Source: Elsinoe ampelina (lineage: Eukaryota). From it: a stretch of 64,000 nucleotides of DNA. The DNA lies in the NCBI GenBank assembly GCA_010093995.1, contig ML992515.1:363533-427532 (forward strand). Reading direction: 5' to 3'. Positions 1 through 11,567 of this stretch are shown in pieces (position 1 is the stretch's first letter; the number at the start of each line of letters is the position of its first letter). The notes below the pieces were generated by a model, which ran no database searches, was not told where the DNA came from, and saw only the letters and a program-made list of their open reading frames with translations. The position numbers and the translations under genes were made by a program.

Positions 1-653
1 GGGAGATCCTGCTGCAATTGAAGCAAGACTGGCCCGCGTAAGTTGCTCACCATGCTTATTGGACACAGCTAATAGGAGACAGTGTTCCAGAACAGCCCGG
101 CTCAGCACAGCGACGAGCACCGAGATCAAGAGCCAGCACCGTCTCAGCATATCGCAATCCTGACGATGATGTGGCATTGAATATCCCAATCAGATCTCGA
201 GTCGTGTCGGCACAATCATCCATCCAAGGCTCACCAATCCGCGAAAGACCTGGCTACGACTTCCCCGTCAAGCCACCCCTCAGCAGAGGCACCACGTTCG
301 AAGGTCCTCGGTCATTACAGCAGCGCGACGGATCACCAGCATCGCTTCCTCGACTCTCACGCGTCCCAACAGAGAATAGTGTTCTCTCAAGCCGCAACAA
401 CCTACGACCTATTCGGACTCGTGACTCGGCCAATGGTGATGTTTTCTCGGACGTAAACGATGACGATTACTACGACTCCCGATCTGCTTCTCCCGCGCCT
501 AGCTTCAACTCACAAACGTTGAGAAATGGAAGTGAAGGCGGTGCGAGGAAGATGGCTCCGCCCCCACCGCCACCAAGCAGGAGCAAGAAGCCGCCTCCAC
601 CGCCGCCTCTCAAGCGGAGCGCTCTTAGTACGAGCGAGGTACCGTTTGCATAA
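1..653 (+). CDS. 3' part of a probable BAR-domain adaptor protein (Mug137/endophilin-like), gene begins before window
   Basis: GT..ctaat..CAG intron at ~38-81; last exon ends in a Pro-rich tail PPPPPPSRSKKPPPPPPLKRSALSTSEVPFA*, which I recall from fungal BAR proteins; the BAR domain itself is not in the window. Confidence 0.5.
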
Positions 654-1510
654 GGATGGTGTCTCGGATTGTCGCGGTGGAGGAGGGATTTGGCATCGAG
701 TCACGTATGATCAGCAGTTGAGCTGCACCAGGCGTTTGGGAGGCAAAACATTTGGGTGGATTGAGCGTTTTGCATTTTCAGATCACTCTCTAATACCCAT
801 GTAACTGTTCTGAGAATCATTGGCGCATCAATTATAATAATTTGTGCCGCATACAGGGACATTCGTGTGGTCGAATCGATGTAGTGAGCCTCGAAGCCAG
901 CGGTCCCATTACGCACAACCAGACCTTTTCCTCCAGAATGACACCACCAAAAAGCTGTCAGAATCGTTGCGAATGCTCTTCAATATTTTCTTCACGTCAA
1001 TAAGTATCTGTGATGACCCTTTCAAGTGTCCAACAATGACGATAGGCGCCCATCATGGTCGCCGCGAATGAGGTTGCCGCTTCACGCAGCCGCCCCTACT
1101 CACTCAGCTGAGGATGTCGCATAAAGGCAAGAACTGCGACGATGGCATCTTTCAAACACCTAAGCTGGCACTGGATGATATCAGTCACCATCTGATCAAA
1201 TTGCAATGAGACCACTGGCGGTGTCACGCACTATCGCCATCCTCCGATCCCAACCGGCGGGCAGGGTGGAGTCTTCAGGTATGCCACTACCAGTGCGGGT
1301 GCAGCGACAAGCTTTCAGGAACCACGCCGATCTCCTGCCTGTTCCTGAATATAAAGGCAGGCTCCGCGTCTTTGGGCGGCCCTGCTGTCGGCCCAGGGCT
1401 ACCGAAGCCACGATGTGGTTAAACATATCGTGGCCGATCAGGCTGGAGAACAACCCGTAGGTATAGTATGACGCGGATAGACCGGTGAGTTGATTCCTTC
1501 TCACACAGTT

Positions 1511-2797
1511 ATGCCTGAGATGGAGCCATTGGGTAAAGCAGTCTTGCTTCTGCTGGAAGACTATCCACCTGCTATCTTACCCACGTCTTTCCTTCTGCTG
1601 GCGTTGTGCTCCTTCGTGCTCGCTCTGCAGACCACCGGCATCCCTCGCCATGCCTACACAGCTGCCTTCACTCTCCTCGCGGGCGCCGCCTTCGCCACAT
1701 GCGACCAATGGCCCGGCACCGCAGCACACATCTTCGGTCTCACAGTCCTCATTGGCCTCCTCCACGCCTACAACGTCCTCTTCCTAGAACCCGAAACCCT
1801 CCAGTACGAAACAATCCGCCACCAGCTCACCCACGAAAAGTCCCCCTCCGCCTCTCCCTCCACCAAAGCCCACCCCACCCCCCTCACCTCCCCCTCCCGC
1901 CGAAACCGCTACCTCCAATCCATCCGCATAGCCCTCAACCCGCGCCTCATCAACACCTCGCGGGAAACCCCCTACGTCCGCCCCTCCCCGATCCCCTGCT
2001 GCCGCACCTCCTTCCTCGCCCACAGCCTCCTGAAACTCGCCCTCTACTACCTCTTCACCTCCTATATCCTCCCCCTCCTCTTCCCCGGCGCCCTCCATCC
2101 TCTCCTCACGGACTTCTCCCCCTCCCAGCGCCCTTTGCTAAGACGCTTCCTCTTCGGCCCATCATTCACTCTCCACGACCTGCTGCTACGGACAGTCTTC
2201 ACCATCCTCTGGCCTGTGACTACTTTCATTTCCCTGGACGCAGCGCATACACTCATGGCAATCTTCTTCGTCTGCGTCCTCCGCATGGACGAGGCAGGGG
2301 ACTGGCCCTCGCTCTTCGGGGACGTGAGGGACGTGACGTCCATACGGGCGTTCTGGGGACGGTTCTATCCCCGAGTCCTGGCAGAGGGCGGGGTGAATCT
2401 CGGGCAGGTGCTGAGCCGACGTGTCCTGGGTATGCAAGTGGGCGGTGCTGGCGAGAAGACGGTCGCAGTAGGAGTGGTGTTTGCGCTGTCGGGGGCGGTG
2501 CATGCGGGGGTCACGTGGAAGGTGAATGGGTGCGGGTGGGAGGGGGATTTGTGGTTCTTTGGGATGCAGTTTGTGGGTGGGATGGGGGAGATGCTGGTGG
2601 GGAGGGCGTGGAGGGTGTGGAAGGGGGAGGGGGAGAGGAGGAGGAGTGTGGTGGTGTTGAGGCGGGGGAGTGTACCGCCGAGGAAGGGGTGGGGTTGGGA
2701 GGATGTGTTTGGCTATGCGTGGGTGGTAGCGTGGGCGTTTTGGTGTGTGCCGGGGTGGGAGTTTGGGAAGATGGAGTGTGCGTTGAGGGAGTGGTGA
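1511..2797 (+). CDS. Membrane-bound O-acyltransferase (MBOAT_2 / wax-synthase / Tri7-like)
   Basis: Multi-TM hydrophobic ORF with DWPSLFGD..SIRAFWGRFY and VFALSGAVH (catalytic His) motifs; first ATG at 1511. Confidence 0.85.
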   Translation: MPEMEPLGKAVLLLLEDYPPAILPTSFLLLALCSFVLALQTTGIPRHAYTAAFTLLAGAAFATCDQWPGTAAHIFGLTVLIGLLHAYNVLFLEPETLQYETIRHQLTHEKSPSASPSTKAHPTPLTSPSRRNRYLQSIRIALNPRLINTSRETPYVRPSPIPCCRTSFLAHSLLKLALYYLFTSYILPLLFPGALHPLLTDFSPSQRPLLRRFLFGPSFTLHDLLLRTVFTILWPVTTFISLDAAHTLMAIFFVCVLRMDEAGDWPSLFGDVRDVTSIRAFWGRFYPRVLAEGGVNLGQVLSRRVLGMQVGGAGEKTVAVGVVFALSGAVHAGVTWKVNGCGWEGDLWFFGMQFVGGMGEMLVGRAWRVWKGEGERRRSVVVLRRGSVPPRKGWGWEDVFGYAWVVAWAFWCVPGWEFGKMECALREW

Positions 2798-3758
2798 TGG
2801 ATACCTCGGTGGCCAGAGAGAGGACGAAAAGAGAAGGAGAAGGTGCCTGCCTTTGTCTATGAGCTACGACCGGGACCGCTCTGAGAGACTGTGAGTGTAT
2901 CATGCCGCTGTGGCGATCAGATGTCCCGTTGTGCACGTCTCGAGGATGCCATAAGATCGTCTGGAACGTCACAAGGCGATTCGCGACAGTCCAGCTTCAG
3001 GGTCTGTCCCGGTTGTTGTAAGCACCGGACGAGGCTGAATTGTCAGGCCAACAATGGAGAATTGCTTCGACGGCGGTGCACGACTGTCTTTGTTGCTCAC
3101 CTTTGTTCACTTTGAACACGCAAATGTGCAACAATGGGTCACGAATGCTGCATAGTTAGTACTGATTCATTGAGCTCTACCGAATGTCAGACCGGTGAAG
3201 AACGTCCTGTGGAGTGTTGTTGAGCACTGCCCTGTTGTAGAGCGAACTTGAGCTGATGCACAGTCGCTAATTGGCCTCTCAGTAACAAACTCAATTCATT
3301 CCCATGGTCCACCTGGACATTGCTCGAGTCAGTGCCAATACTCTGGCCCACCGGATTGACCTTCCACCATATGGAGCTTTGAGGCCACCTAGCTAGGGAG
3401 AGCAGCTTACTTCTTCACCGGAGAACCTGAAAACCTGCAGACTACTCGATTGGATCAGTAACATTACTAACAGTCTCCGCGAGTCCTTTGAGTCTCTGCC
3501 CTCTGTACCACCAGTCGCGTCCGGTGGACTAGGGCAACAGGTTCATTGTCAGCTGCAGCTCATCAAACGAGGTAGCTTTGATGAAGTCGGTGAGACGACA
3601 GAACATAAATAAGCCATGATGCCTCCAATCCTTGGTCAGTGGCCTGGATCATCACATTGGAACCGTCGGAGTATCTCTTTCAAGTGTCGTCGTTCGTGCT
3701 GCTATACCATTTTGCCAAGATTCTCCTTTCGGACTAGCGCAAAAACATAACCTCGGCA

Positions 3759-5687
3759 ATGAACTACAGGTCTGAGACCGGGCTTGCGAGCCTCCTTCAC
3801 ATCGCAGCTACTCTGCTTCTATTGCTTGGTAGTGCTCACGGTCGTCCGCATAATGCTAGATTGGACGGCATTGCGGATCACGGTGGGATATCGCCGGCCA
3901 GGACGCCCTCGGAGCCGCGTAGCTGGATGTCGTCCAGCATGACGAGCAATGTTCTGAGCAATCCGGACCGTGGACTGGCACGAGAAGACAGTCCAACACA
4001 AGCCATTGGTGACCAGAATGGGCATGGTGTACCCACCCTCGTTGCTCGCCAATCGGACAAGAATATCAAGATCCTCGTCGCCGGCGACTCCATCACCCAA
4101 GGCGCCGAAGGCGACTACACCTGGCGTTGGCGACTTTTGTCATGGCTGCAATCCGACGGCACCGCAACGAAGGTGACCTTCGTCGGTCCATATCCTGGTA
4201 CTCAAAACCCTGACCCGCCTCAAGATCCCCAGCCTCCTCTCTTCTATGGCCAGACGCCACCAGCAACCCCTCCCCGCGTCACTGGCGGCTACGCAACAGC
4301 TGTGCCCACCGCATTCATCCCGGAGAACAATCATCTCGCTCTCTGGGGTCGTCAGGTTGCACAAGTGGTCCCTGAGATTGGCGGTGTGGTCGAAAAGTAC
4401 AAACCGGACTATCTCCTCGTGGCACTTGGGTTCAACGACATGGGCTGGCTCGTATCTGACTGGGCCGGGACTTTGACCAGTATCCGCTCAATCGTGGCAA
4501 ATGCTCGTCAGGCGAATTCGAACTTGAGGATCGTACTTGCCACCGTCCCGAACCGCACCTTTATCCGGCAGGATCTGGTCGACAACACGACTCGATATAA
4601 CAATGAGATTAGGAATGTGGTTGCAGCTCTGTCGACACCAACAAGTCCCATCACGCTTGCTGAATTTGCGAAGGAGTATGCCTGCGGTCCCACTGGCGAC
4701 TGTCCAGCAGCTTACGATGGACTGCATCCCAATGCATTAGGAGAGTGGCAGATCGCTAAAGCCTTTTCTGATGCGCTTGTGAAACACGGTCTTAGGACAA
4801 AAGGAATCACCGTACCTACTATCATTGACGAGCCTACGGTCCTCACCCCTCAAATCGTTGCCGAGTCTGCCCCCTGGGGCGTCAACGTAACCTGGGACAA
4901 AGTCTACGGCAGCCGAGGCTACGACACCAGAAGCCGAGTCAAAGGCTCGATGACCTGGAGCGAGGGTGTGTCGAATACCAACCGTATGCACATCACCTTC
5001 ACCGCCGCCGGAGTCGACTGGGAGTTCCAAGTCCGCGCTAGCAGAGGTGCTGCCGACAAATACAAGTCTGCATGGAGCGACGTCAAGACCGCTACGGCCA
5101 CGAAGTCCGGCGCCCCTGGCCCAAAGGGTATCCAAGCTGCTCCCAAAAATGGCGGCGTGACTGTCACCTGGTCGCCCCCAGATGGCAGCTGGGCCGTGCA
5201 GCAATACGAAGTCATCGTCTTGGACAAGGATATTCCCGGCGCTTACATCCAGGCTTGGAGCTTCGGCACCAATGGAGCAGCATTCATCACCGGCCTGGTG
5301 AATGGACACAAGTACGATCTCTGGATCGCGACATGGGCAACCATCAATGGCCAGCTCGTTAGGGGCGATCCGACGGGTGGGCCGGGTTTCACGCCTGGGT
5401 CGGGAGCTGTTGGTGTTCCTTCTGGATTGAAGGTGACGACAAAGGACGCGACGACCGTGGACCTTGGGTGGGCTGCTGTTACTGGTGCTTCTGGGTATAA
5501 GGTGTATTTGAGGAATATCAATGATGGGTCTGCGTACTCGACGGACGGTGGTGTGATCCAGGGGACTTCTCATGGTATGGCGTTCCTGTTCCCTGGCGTT
5601 TGGAACTTTGAGTTCTGTGTTTCGACGTTGGTGGGATCGGCGGAGAGTGCGAAAAGTCCTTGTATTGCGGCGCAGAGGCCGGCCTGA
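3759..5687 (+). CDS. Secreted SGNH/GDSL esterase with three C-terminal fibronectin type III domains
   Basis: Signal-peptide-like N-terminus; SGNH blocks VAGDSITQG, ALGFND, DGLHPN; FN3-like repeats (VNVTW..VYG, VTVTWSPP, VDLGWAAVTGASGYKVY); intronless. Confidence 0.9.
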   Translation: MNYRSETGLASLLHIAATLLLLLGSAHGRPHNARLDGIADHGGISPARTPSEPRSWMSSSMTSNVLSNPDRGLAREDSPTQAIGDQNGHGVPTLVARQSDKNIKILVAGDSITQGAEGDYTWRWRLLSWLQSDGTATKVTFVGPYPGTQNPDPPQDPQPPLFYGQTPPATPPRVTGGYATAVPTAFIPENNHLALWGRQVAQVVPEIGGVVEKYKPDYLLVALGFNDMGWLVSDWAGTLTSIRSIVANARQANSNLRIVLATVPNRTFIRQDLVDNTTRYNNEIRNVVAALSTPTSPITLAEFAKEYACGPTGDCPAAYDGLHPNALGEWQIAKAFSDALVKHGLRTKGITVPTIIDEPTVLTPQIVAESAPWGVNVTWDKVYGSRGYDTRSRVKGSMTWSEGVSNTNRMHITFTAAGVDWEFQVRASRGAADKYKSAWSDVKTATATKSGAPGPKGIQAAPKNGGVTVTWSPPDGSWAVQQYEVIVLDKDIPGAYIQAWSFGTNGAAFITGLVNGHKYDLWIATWATINGQLVRGDPTGGPGFTPGSGAVGVPSGLKVTTKDATTVDLGWAAVTGASGYKVYLRNINDGSAYSTDGGVIQGTSHGMAFLFPGVWNFEFCVSTLVGSAESAKSPCIAAQRPA

Positions 5688-5723
5688 GGGAGAGTCTGAT
5701 GACGGGCGGTGCTCGGGGTCAGT

Positions 5724-6150
5724 CGTATGTACGGCGGCTGCTTCAAGTTGTCGTAGCTAAGCAAAAGGATAGATCAAGCACAAAGAAAACGCGTCGCCAT
5801 CGACCCTTTGTGTTTCTCCACACAAAACGAAGAGGTCACGTGCTTGCCAGACTCACCCGCGGCCGATGAAATCGCCTAGTCGCAAGCTCAACCCATCTTT
5901 CACCACCAGTCGAGTCTCCGACTATTGGTCACGTGCGCAATGAAATCATCCGTTTTTCGTATAGGCTGTTCTTTTTAGTTTAGCCACCTCTACCACTTCC
6001 ACCACCACCTACCACACGTCAAACCAGATCGAAGGATCGCGTATGGGTACGTTCTTGAGCTCTACAAGCTTATGGACGTTGCGGCTAAGCAGAATTATAG
6101 ATCAAGTACAAAGAAACGCATAGTGAACCACCTAGCCTTTGTCTCTTTCA
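5724..6150 (+). repeat. Diverged ~70-100 bp direct repeat (5724-5820 vs 6040-6150) at the left edge of the accessory island
   Basis: gctaagcaaaaggatagatcaagcacaaagaaaacgc...cctttgtgtttctcca vs gctaagcagaattatagatcaagtacaaagaaacgc...cctttgtctctttca. Confidence 0.75.
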
Positions 6151-7028
6151 CCGGGATCGCCTTTCACCAGCAGGGCACGAACATAGACCCAGTCATGAAA
6201 CGACTTAGGAGTGGCGAAAGCTATGGGAACTGCAAGAAGACCAAGACGACTGTCTCCAGCCTTCCCGCCTCAACTCTCGACACGCCTATGGGGCGTAGTG
6301 CCGTCCAGACGTCGAAGATCTTCGACATCCCTCCAGAATTGCGCAACCAGATCTGGGAATACGTTTACCAGAAAGAAACCATCACCATCGTGCTGTACAG
6401 AAACCGTCCGAAGCAGATTACCGAACCGACCAAGCGCCATCTCGCCAGCATGTCACTCACCTGCGTCCTCTTCTCAAGAGAGACATCTTCCTTTTTTCAT
6501 CGCAACATCACGCTCAGCTTCAGGTACAGCAAGACTCTCCGCTCGTTCTCAAAAGGAATCAGTGAGTCGTTACGCCAGATCCTGACGCGTCTCGAGGTCC
6601 AGGAAGAGTGGACTAGGCACCACACAGACCCCTATCCGACTGACAGGTGGGTCGCGCTCGGGACTGTGCTTGGTAGTTTTCCCAACTTGGAGATGGTAGT
6701 GATTGATATGTTTGGGGAGATGGAGTTCGAGTACCCCCGCATCTCTGACTCGGTCGCTCTTGTGGAGGCTCTTGACCAGACCCGAAGCGCAATGGATGCC
6801 AAGAGGGCGCTGGAGGCTCAGCTCGCAGGAGGTCGCTACCAGCATCCCGTCACGCCAAGTAGTATGGTGGTCATCACTCCGAGACCGTGGAACCATTTCC
6901 GCAACACTCCGGTGCCGCAAGCCGACAGGGACATGTGGCACCGAAACGAGGACGCTAAGCATGACTTCACCATCATCTTTGGGGCAGATGATAAGCCTGT
7001 ACAAGCGGACAAAAGACGCCAAAGCTAG
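6072..7028 (+). CDS. F-box-like/2EXR-type protein, array member 1 (true start may be ATG 6195)
   Basis: IFDIPPELRNQIWEYVY motif followed by SLTCVLFSRET helix, shared with four downstream ORFs. Confidence 0.7.
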   Translation: MDVAAKQNYRSSTKKRIVNHLAFVSFTGIAFHQQGTNIDPVMKRLRSGESYGNCKKTKTTVSSLPASTLDTPMGRSAVQTSKIFDIPPELRNQIWEYVYQKETITIVLYRNRPKQITEPTKRHLASMSLTCVLFSRETSSFFHRNITLSFRYSKTLRSFSKGISESLRQILTRLEVQEEWTRHHTDPYPTDRWVALGTVLGSFPNLEMVVIDMFGEMEFEYPRISDSVALVEALDQTRSAMDAKRALEAQLAGGRYQHPVTPSSMVVITPRPWNHFRNTPVPQADRDMWHRNEDAKHDFTIIFGADDKPVQADKRRQS

Positions 7029-7569
7029 TGAGGCATGCTACTGGTCAAGGGAGAAGGATCAATCGCCCGAGGGTAGGAGGTGCTAATCAGCACGTTGAGA
7101 CGTCAACCACATTGGGCTTCAATGGTAGTAGTCATGCCACTGGAGAGGTACCAGTACGTGCTGCAGGATGTGATGATGACCGCCTCCGGGCAATTCTATG
7201 GCAGTAATTGCGTTTTCTGGTAGTGATTAAAGCCGGCTGGGGCGTGGATAGTGTTATCGATGCCGCTGAAGGCACGACCAGAAGGGCTGGCCGAGTAGAG
7301 TTGAGCCTGAGCCAAGGGTACAGTCTCTGATAGTATTTGAAAGCAAGATACTTGCCATTCTTGACTCTTAGTGCTGTTTCTGCAGGTCGTGATGCTTTTC
7401 CTGGTAGTACCCGATACCCGAAACCTTGGTGGCGACTTTAAGATCCCTCCAGCTGACCGACCTTGATTCCTCTTCACCTCCATCTTTCACACAATATCAC
7501 ACTGGAGAACCCAATAGACACTACCAGCATCCTGCCATCCTGGCAACACAGCCCAGGATCCTTCTCACC

Positions 7570-8307
7570 ATGGAACCAGTCATCAAGCAAGCGAGCACGG
7601 ACGGCACTATGAAGGTTCCACATCAGCCCCACGGCCACTCTCACCACAACCCCTTCATGCTCCCCGCTGAACTCCGCCGGATGATCTGGCAGCATCTCTA
7701 CCGCACCGAGGCACGCATCAGCCTATACTACAGCCGCGCTAGGTTGACCAGAGACGAGCCCAACAAAGACCGCAACCTCCTCGCTTCCGCTCTGCAGTAT
7801 GAAGCGCTCAAAGACGAGATACTCTACGCTCTGTACAAGAGCATCCGCCTTGTCTTCATCACCGAGCGTGCTTTTAGTAGCTTCAGTCGTCGAGTCACAG
7901 CGACTCACAAGGACTTGATATCTTCATTCCTGGTCAAGCAAGACATGTGGCCTCAGAGCTTCTATCCCTACAGAAAATGGCAGCGCATCGGCGAAGCGGC
8001 TGGCACGTTCAGGGGACTGAAAGAGTTGGATTTGGCCATAACGCACACGATAAGCCTACAGCACGGCGTGAATCTTGCGGTGATGCGTCATTTGGTGGAG
8101 TATATGGACGAGGTTTACAAGAAGTGTGAGACGCAGAGGGTGAAAGAGGGCTTTGAGGGGAATGTCCAGATGAGGGTGACTGTGCCGACGCCGCCAGCTG
8201 AGAAGACGTTTGCGTGGAAGGTGAGATGGATGGACGGATTGCAGGGCAATGGACCGTACACGGTTTGGTTCTCAGACTCGAATTGGAGGACATCACGCTT
8301 TGGGTAA
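7570..8307 (+). CDS. F-box-like/2EXR-type protein, array member 2
   Basis: FMLPAELRRMIWQHLY motif; YPYRKWQRIG...F..L matches member 1 YPTDRWVALG...FPNL; first ATG at 7570. Confidence 0.7.
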   Translation: MEPVIKQASTDGTMKVPHQPHGHSHHNPFMLPAELRRMIWQHLYRTEARISLYYSRARLTRDEPNKDRNLLASALQYEALKDEILYALYKSIRLVFITERAFSSFSRRVTATHKDLISSFLVKQDMWPQSFYPYRKWQRIGEAAGTFRGLKELDLAITHTISLQHGVNLAVMRHLVEYMDEVYKKCETQRVKEGFEGNVQMRVTVPTPPAEKTFAWKVRWMDGLQGNGPYTVWFSDSNWRTSRFG

Positions 8308-8881
8308 TTGATCTGGTAGCCGATAGGCGCCCCATACTACCACTGCGTGACCAGAGGTCGATAGTCTGGGAGATCAGAGCATATGGCCGAGAAGCTCGAC
8401 TTTGCCAGGAGGCGATATGCTGGTAATTCACTTGCGGAATAGCTACCAGATCAGGGGGTATGATAGAGGCCTATCGACGGTGTAGTACATCGACCAGATC
8501 CGAAACCAAAAGGCACTACCAGCGAGTCAGAGGCAACGGTGGGACATTGACCAATGTGGGACGCTTCTGGTAGTTCAGTATAGAAGACACGGTTGTACCA
8601 AAAACCGTGAATCAAGAGGTCATGATAAATGAAGGTCTGTGGTAGTTTAAAGGTGCTTTGGCCTACCAGGAGCAATGGGAGACCAGATGACCGCTACGTG
8701 TGGCGTTGGTCCAAGCTTGCCACGATGTTGAAATGCGAGCTCTTCACGCCTGCCTCCCTTGGCTTCACCAACACCATAGCACAATTTCTGGTAGTTATTA
8801 CAGCGATATACTACCAGCTAGTAAGCCGGATAGCCGTGAACTCCTGATCTAGATGCTAATCCTGGTAGGATAATATCCAAA

Positions 8882-9699
8882 ATGCCAGCCATGAAGCGAG
8901 GCTGGTTCGATGAGCACAAGGGGGAGCAGCCCATACTGGTAGTACCTGGTCTGCGGAAACTACCAGAGCGCAGCCACTGACGATACCTCAGCGTTACGAC
9001 GACGACGATCGTCCAGCGAAGAAGGCCAGAATCGGCGACAAGGTCAATCTCCTAGACCTACCAGACGAGATGCTCCAGAAGATATGCATGTACTTCTACA
9101 AGACCCAGTGCTTCCACCTGGTAGTACCTGGCGACCGATTCGAGGCAGCGATTGCGCCGCCACTGGATCGCGAACGGCTCGGCCTTGTCATCACCTGCCG
9201 CCGGCTCAAGAATATGGCCTTATGGGCACTCTACGCTCACTCCTGCTTCATTTTCGGCGGGACCAGAGCCCTCATGGCGCTCGCGATCAGACAGCCAGAG
9301 ATCAAGTACCTCGTCCGACGTGCTGTGATACAGCAAATGTTTGACCCGTACGGCGAGAGCACTACCAGGACAAACTACATGTTCGCTGGACAGCTCCTGC
9401 GACATTTCACTCAGCTCAAACGGGTCTATCTGATGATCTGCCGCCCTCCGGATCTTGCGCTGGCGCCAGATGAAGGAGGATCATATTTTATTGAGAACCG
9501 CCTCACTGAGTACTTCACCAGAGGGTTGAGACTTCCCACAAAAAGGCACGGCGTGTCACAGATGAAAGTGACGGTGGTGGTGCAGGCGAACGAGAGGAGG
9601 GATGATCCTGAGAACGAAGAGGAGCTGGTCATTGGGCAAAAGGACTTGAAGGACGGCAAGATTGTTTTGGGCTGGAACTGCACCGCAGGGATCAGGTGA
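8882..9699 (+). CDS. F-box-like/2EXR-type protein, array member 3 (one predicted intron 8939-8991)
   Basis: Splicing GT(8939)..actgac..CAG(8991) joins MPAMKRGWFDEHKGEQPIL in frame to RYDDDDRPAKKARIGDKVNLLDLPDEMLQKICMYFY; LVITCRRLK helix; NLS-like PAKKAR. Confidence 0.65.
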
Positions 9700-10143
9700 G
9701 CAGTGAGAGGCCCAAGTTCTGGTAGGACCAGTATTGTAGATACTACCAGTTATCAGAGGCGACGGAGGCGGTCTCGTTTGCGTGCAAATTGAAGCTTCTC
9801 ATCCTCAACCATATAACAATGAGATACATCGATGATTGGATTTGCAGACTACCAGGCAGAATCCTCTGGTGGATCCTTGCGAACAAAGAATGAGCATTGC
9901 AATAAGCATCGGAAGAGTGAATGCGCGCAGACAAAGCACTTTGTTGCTGCACAAGAGAGTCACCCTTTGTTGTGTTCGCCATCTTTGGGATGTGTGGCGT
10001 GATCCTGATACATACTGGGGCTGGAGTGGCGTGTGCCAATATCGCGTTCGTGAATTTCGATTTCTGCACACTTTCCACCCCAACATCAACAACCCATCTT
10101 CCGGCGCGCAAAGTCGGTGTCGCACGTCAATCCATTGCACAAG

Positions 10144-11103
10144 ATGGTGACCGTTGAAGCGCCGGATGAGAAAGGAACTACCACATTACTCGATCCAACT
10201 GGACGTCTTTCAACAATCATGGACGCACCGATGAGCTCTGCAGCTTTCGAGTCGCACCACCAGCAGCGCTCTGGTAGGGATATAGCCGGCGATGACCAGC
10301 ATGTTGCACCCGATACTGCCCCTACCCTCTTAACGCTACCGACGGAGATTCGCCAGAACATCTGGAAGCACGTCTATGCTGGGTCTGAGATTTGCCTGAA
10401 CTATCGGGGCTGTGGCATGATTGTCTATCCAACAACCTCACACGAAAGTATTTCGCCGCACGAGAAGAGTGCCGAAAAGCCATCGTACTGGGAACACTTC
10501 ATGAGCCAGAGAAAGGCCGACAAAGAAGCATGGCGTGACAGTCGCACCCGCCCCGCCATCGCCCTAGCTCTTGTCCATCCGTCGATCTATCAGGAGGTCT
10601 TACGTACTTTGTACGCTTCTACCACCTTCACATATGGTACCGCTATGCCCTACGAGTGTGGGTTCAAATATTTCCATCCGGACGCCAGGGCTCGTGTCAC
10701 ATCTCTGAAAATCAACGCTGGTCTGTGCAGATTTGGTGAAGGGATGTGGAAGCGTGGATCTAAGAAAGCGATCGCTGGGTTGGCCGGGCTCAAGAAGCTG
10801 GAGTACATCACGGTCGCAAGGACGGCAGAAGGACCAGCAACAAATGGCCATCTTCTTCGTTACATCACAGAGGGCTTCCTGAAGCGCCTGGTCGATGCCT
10901 TGCAGGCTCAACCCACAGGAGGAGGACCGAAGTCGCTTCGGAGCATTGATTGTACCGTCGTCATCGAATTCGACGACAACAACAACAGCGATCAGGATTT
11001 CGATTTCTCTTGGGTTCCTGAGCTGGGAGAGCTCTACCCAGTCACACTAATCGCCAAGAGGAGAGAGTTGCCGTACAAGCGTGAACCAGGTGTTGTGTAT
11101 TAA
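10144..11103 (+). CDS. F-box-like/2EXR-type protein, array member 4
   Basis: LLTLPTEIRQNIWKHVYAG; ALALVHPSIYQEVLRTLY; close paralog of member 5. Confidence 0.75.
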   Translation: MVTVEAPDEKGTTTLLDPTGRLSTIMDAPMSSAAFESHHQQRSGRDIAGDDQHVAPDTAPTLLTLPTEIRQNIWKHVYAGSEICLNYRGCGMIVYPTTSHESISPHEKSAEKPSYWEHFMSQRKADKEAWRDSRTRPAIALALVHPSIYQEVLRTLYASTTFTYGTAMPYECGFKYFHPDARARVTSLKINAGLCRFGEGMWKRGSKKAIAGLAGLKKLEYITVARTAEGPATNGHLLRYITEGFLKRLVDALQAQPTGGGPKSLRSIDCTVVIEFDDNNNSDQDFDFSWVPELGELYPVTLIAKRRELPYKREPGVVY

Positions 11104-11567
11104 GGGGGGCTACTGCAAGCAACACACCCAGGGTGGGAAACCTGGCGCTGGTCGATAATGTGTGGGTTGCCTGGTAGTTGCGACTGTGTGGGCGAGGGAA
11201 TTATTCGCCAGATATACCAGTGCCTTCTGCATGATCCAGTGGCTAGGACCCAAATGAGACTTGTATACTACGTTTAGATGATCGTTCCCTCGTATATGCA
11301 GCAAAATCATGTAGCTACAGCCCGGACGTGTGTGATAACTAAGCCGTCACCGTGTGAATCGGCCTGGTAGTATCGAAGCTGGGTGTCGCGGCTGGTTTCA
11401 GGTGGCGTGTACTGGTATCTCGAAGCTTTGTCGGCCTCCTTCTCGCAATCACCAACCACATCGATCTTTTCATCAACATCATCGAAATCACTTCTCATTC
11501 CACGCAGATCCTGCTATCATCGCCATCAATCGCAATGTGGCCTTCGTTGACCAACCCCACTCACAAG

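Noticed and set aside
1606..2862. 418-aa overlapping ORF and the antisense ORFs over the MBOAT gene
   Set aside because: Low-complexity Pro/Gly shadow frames caused by the C/G skew.
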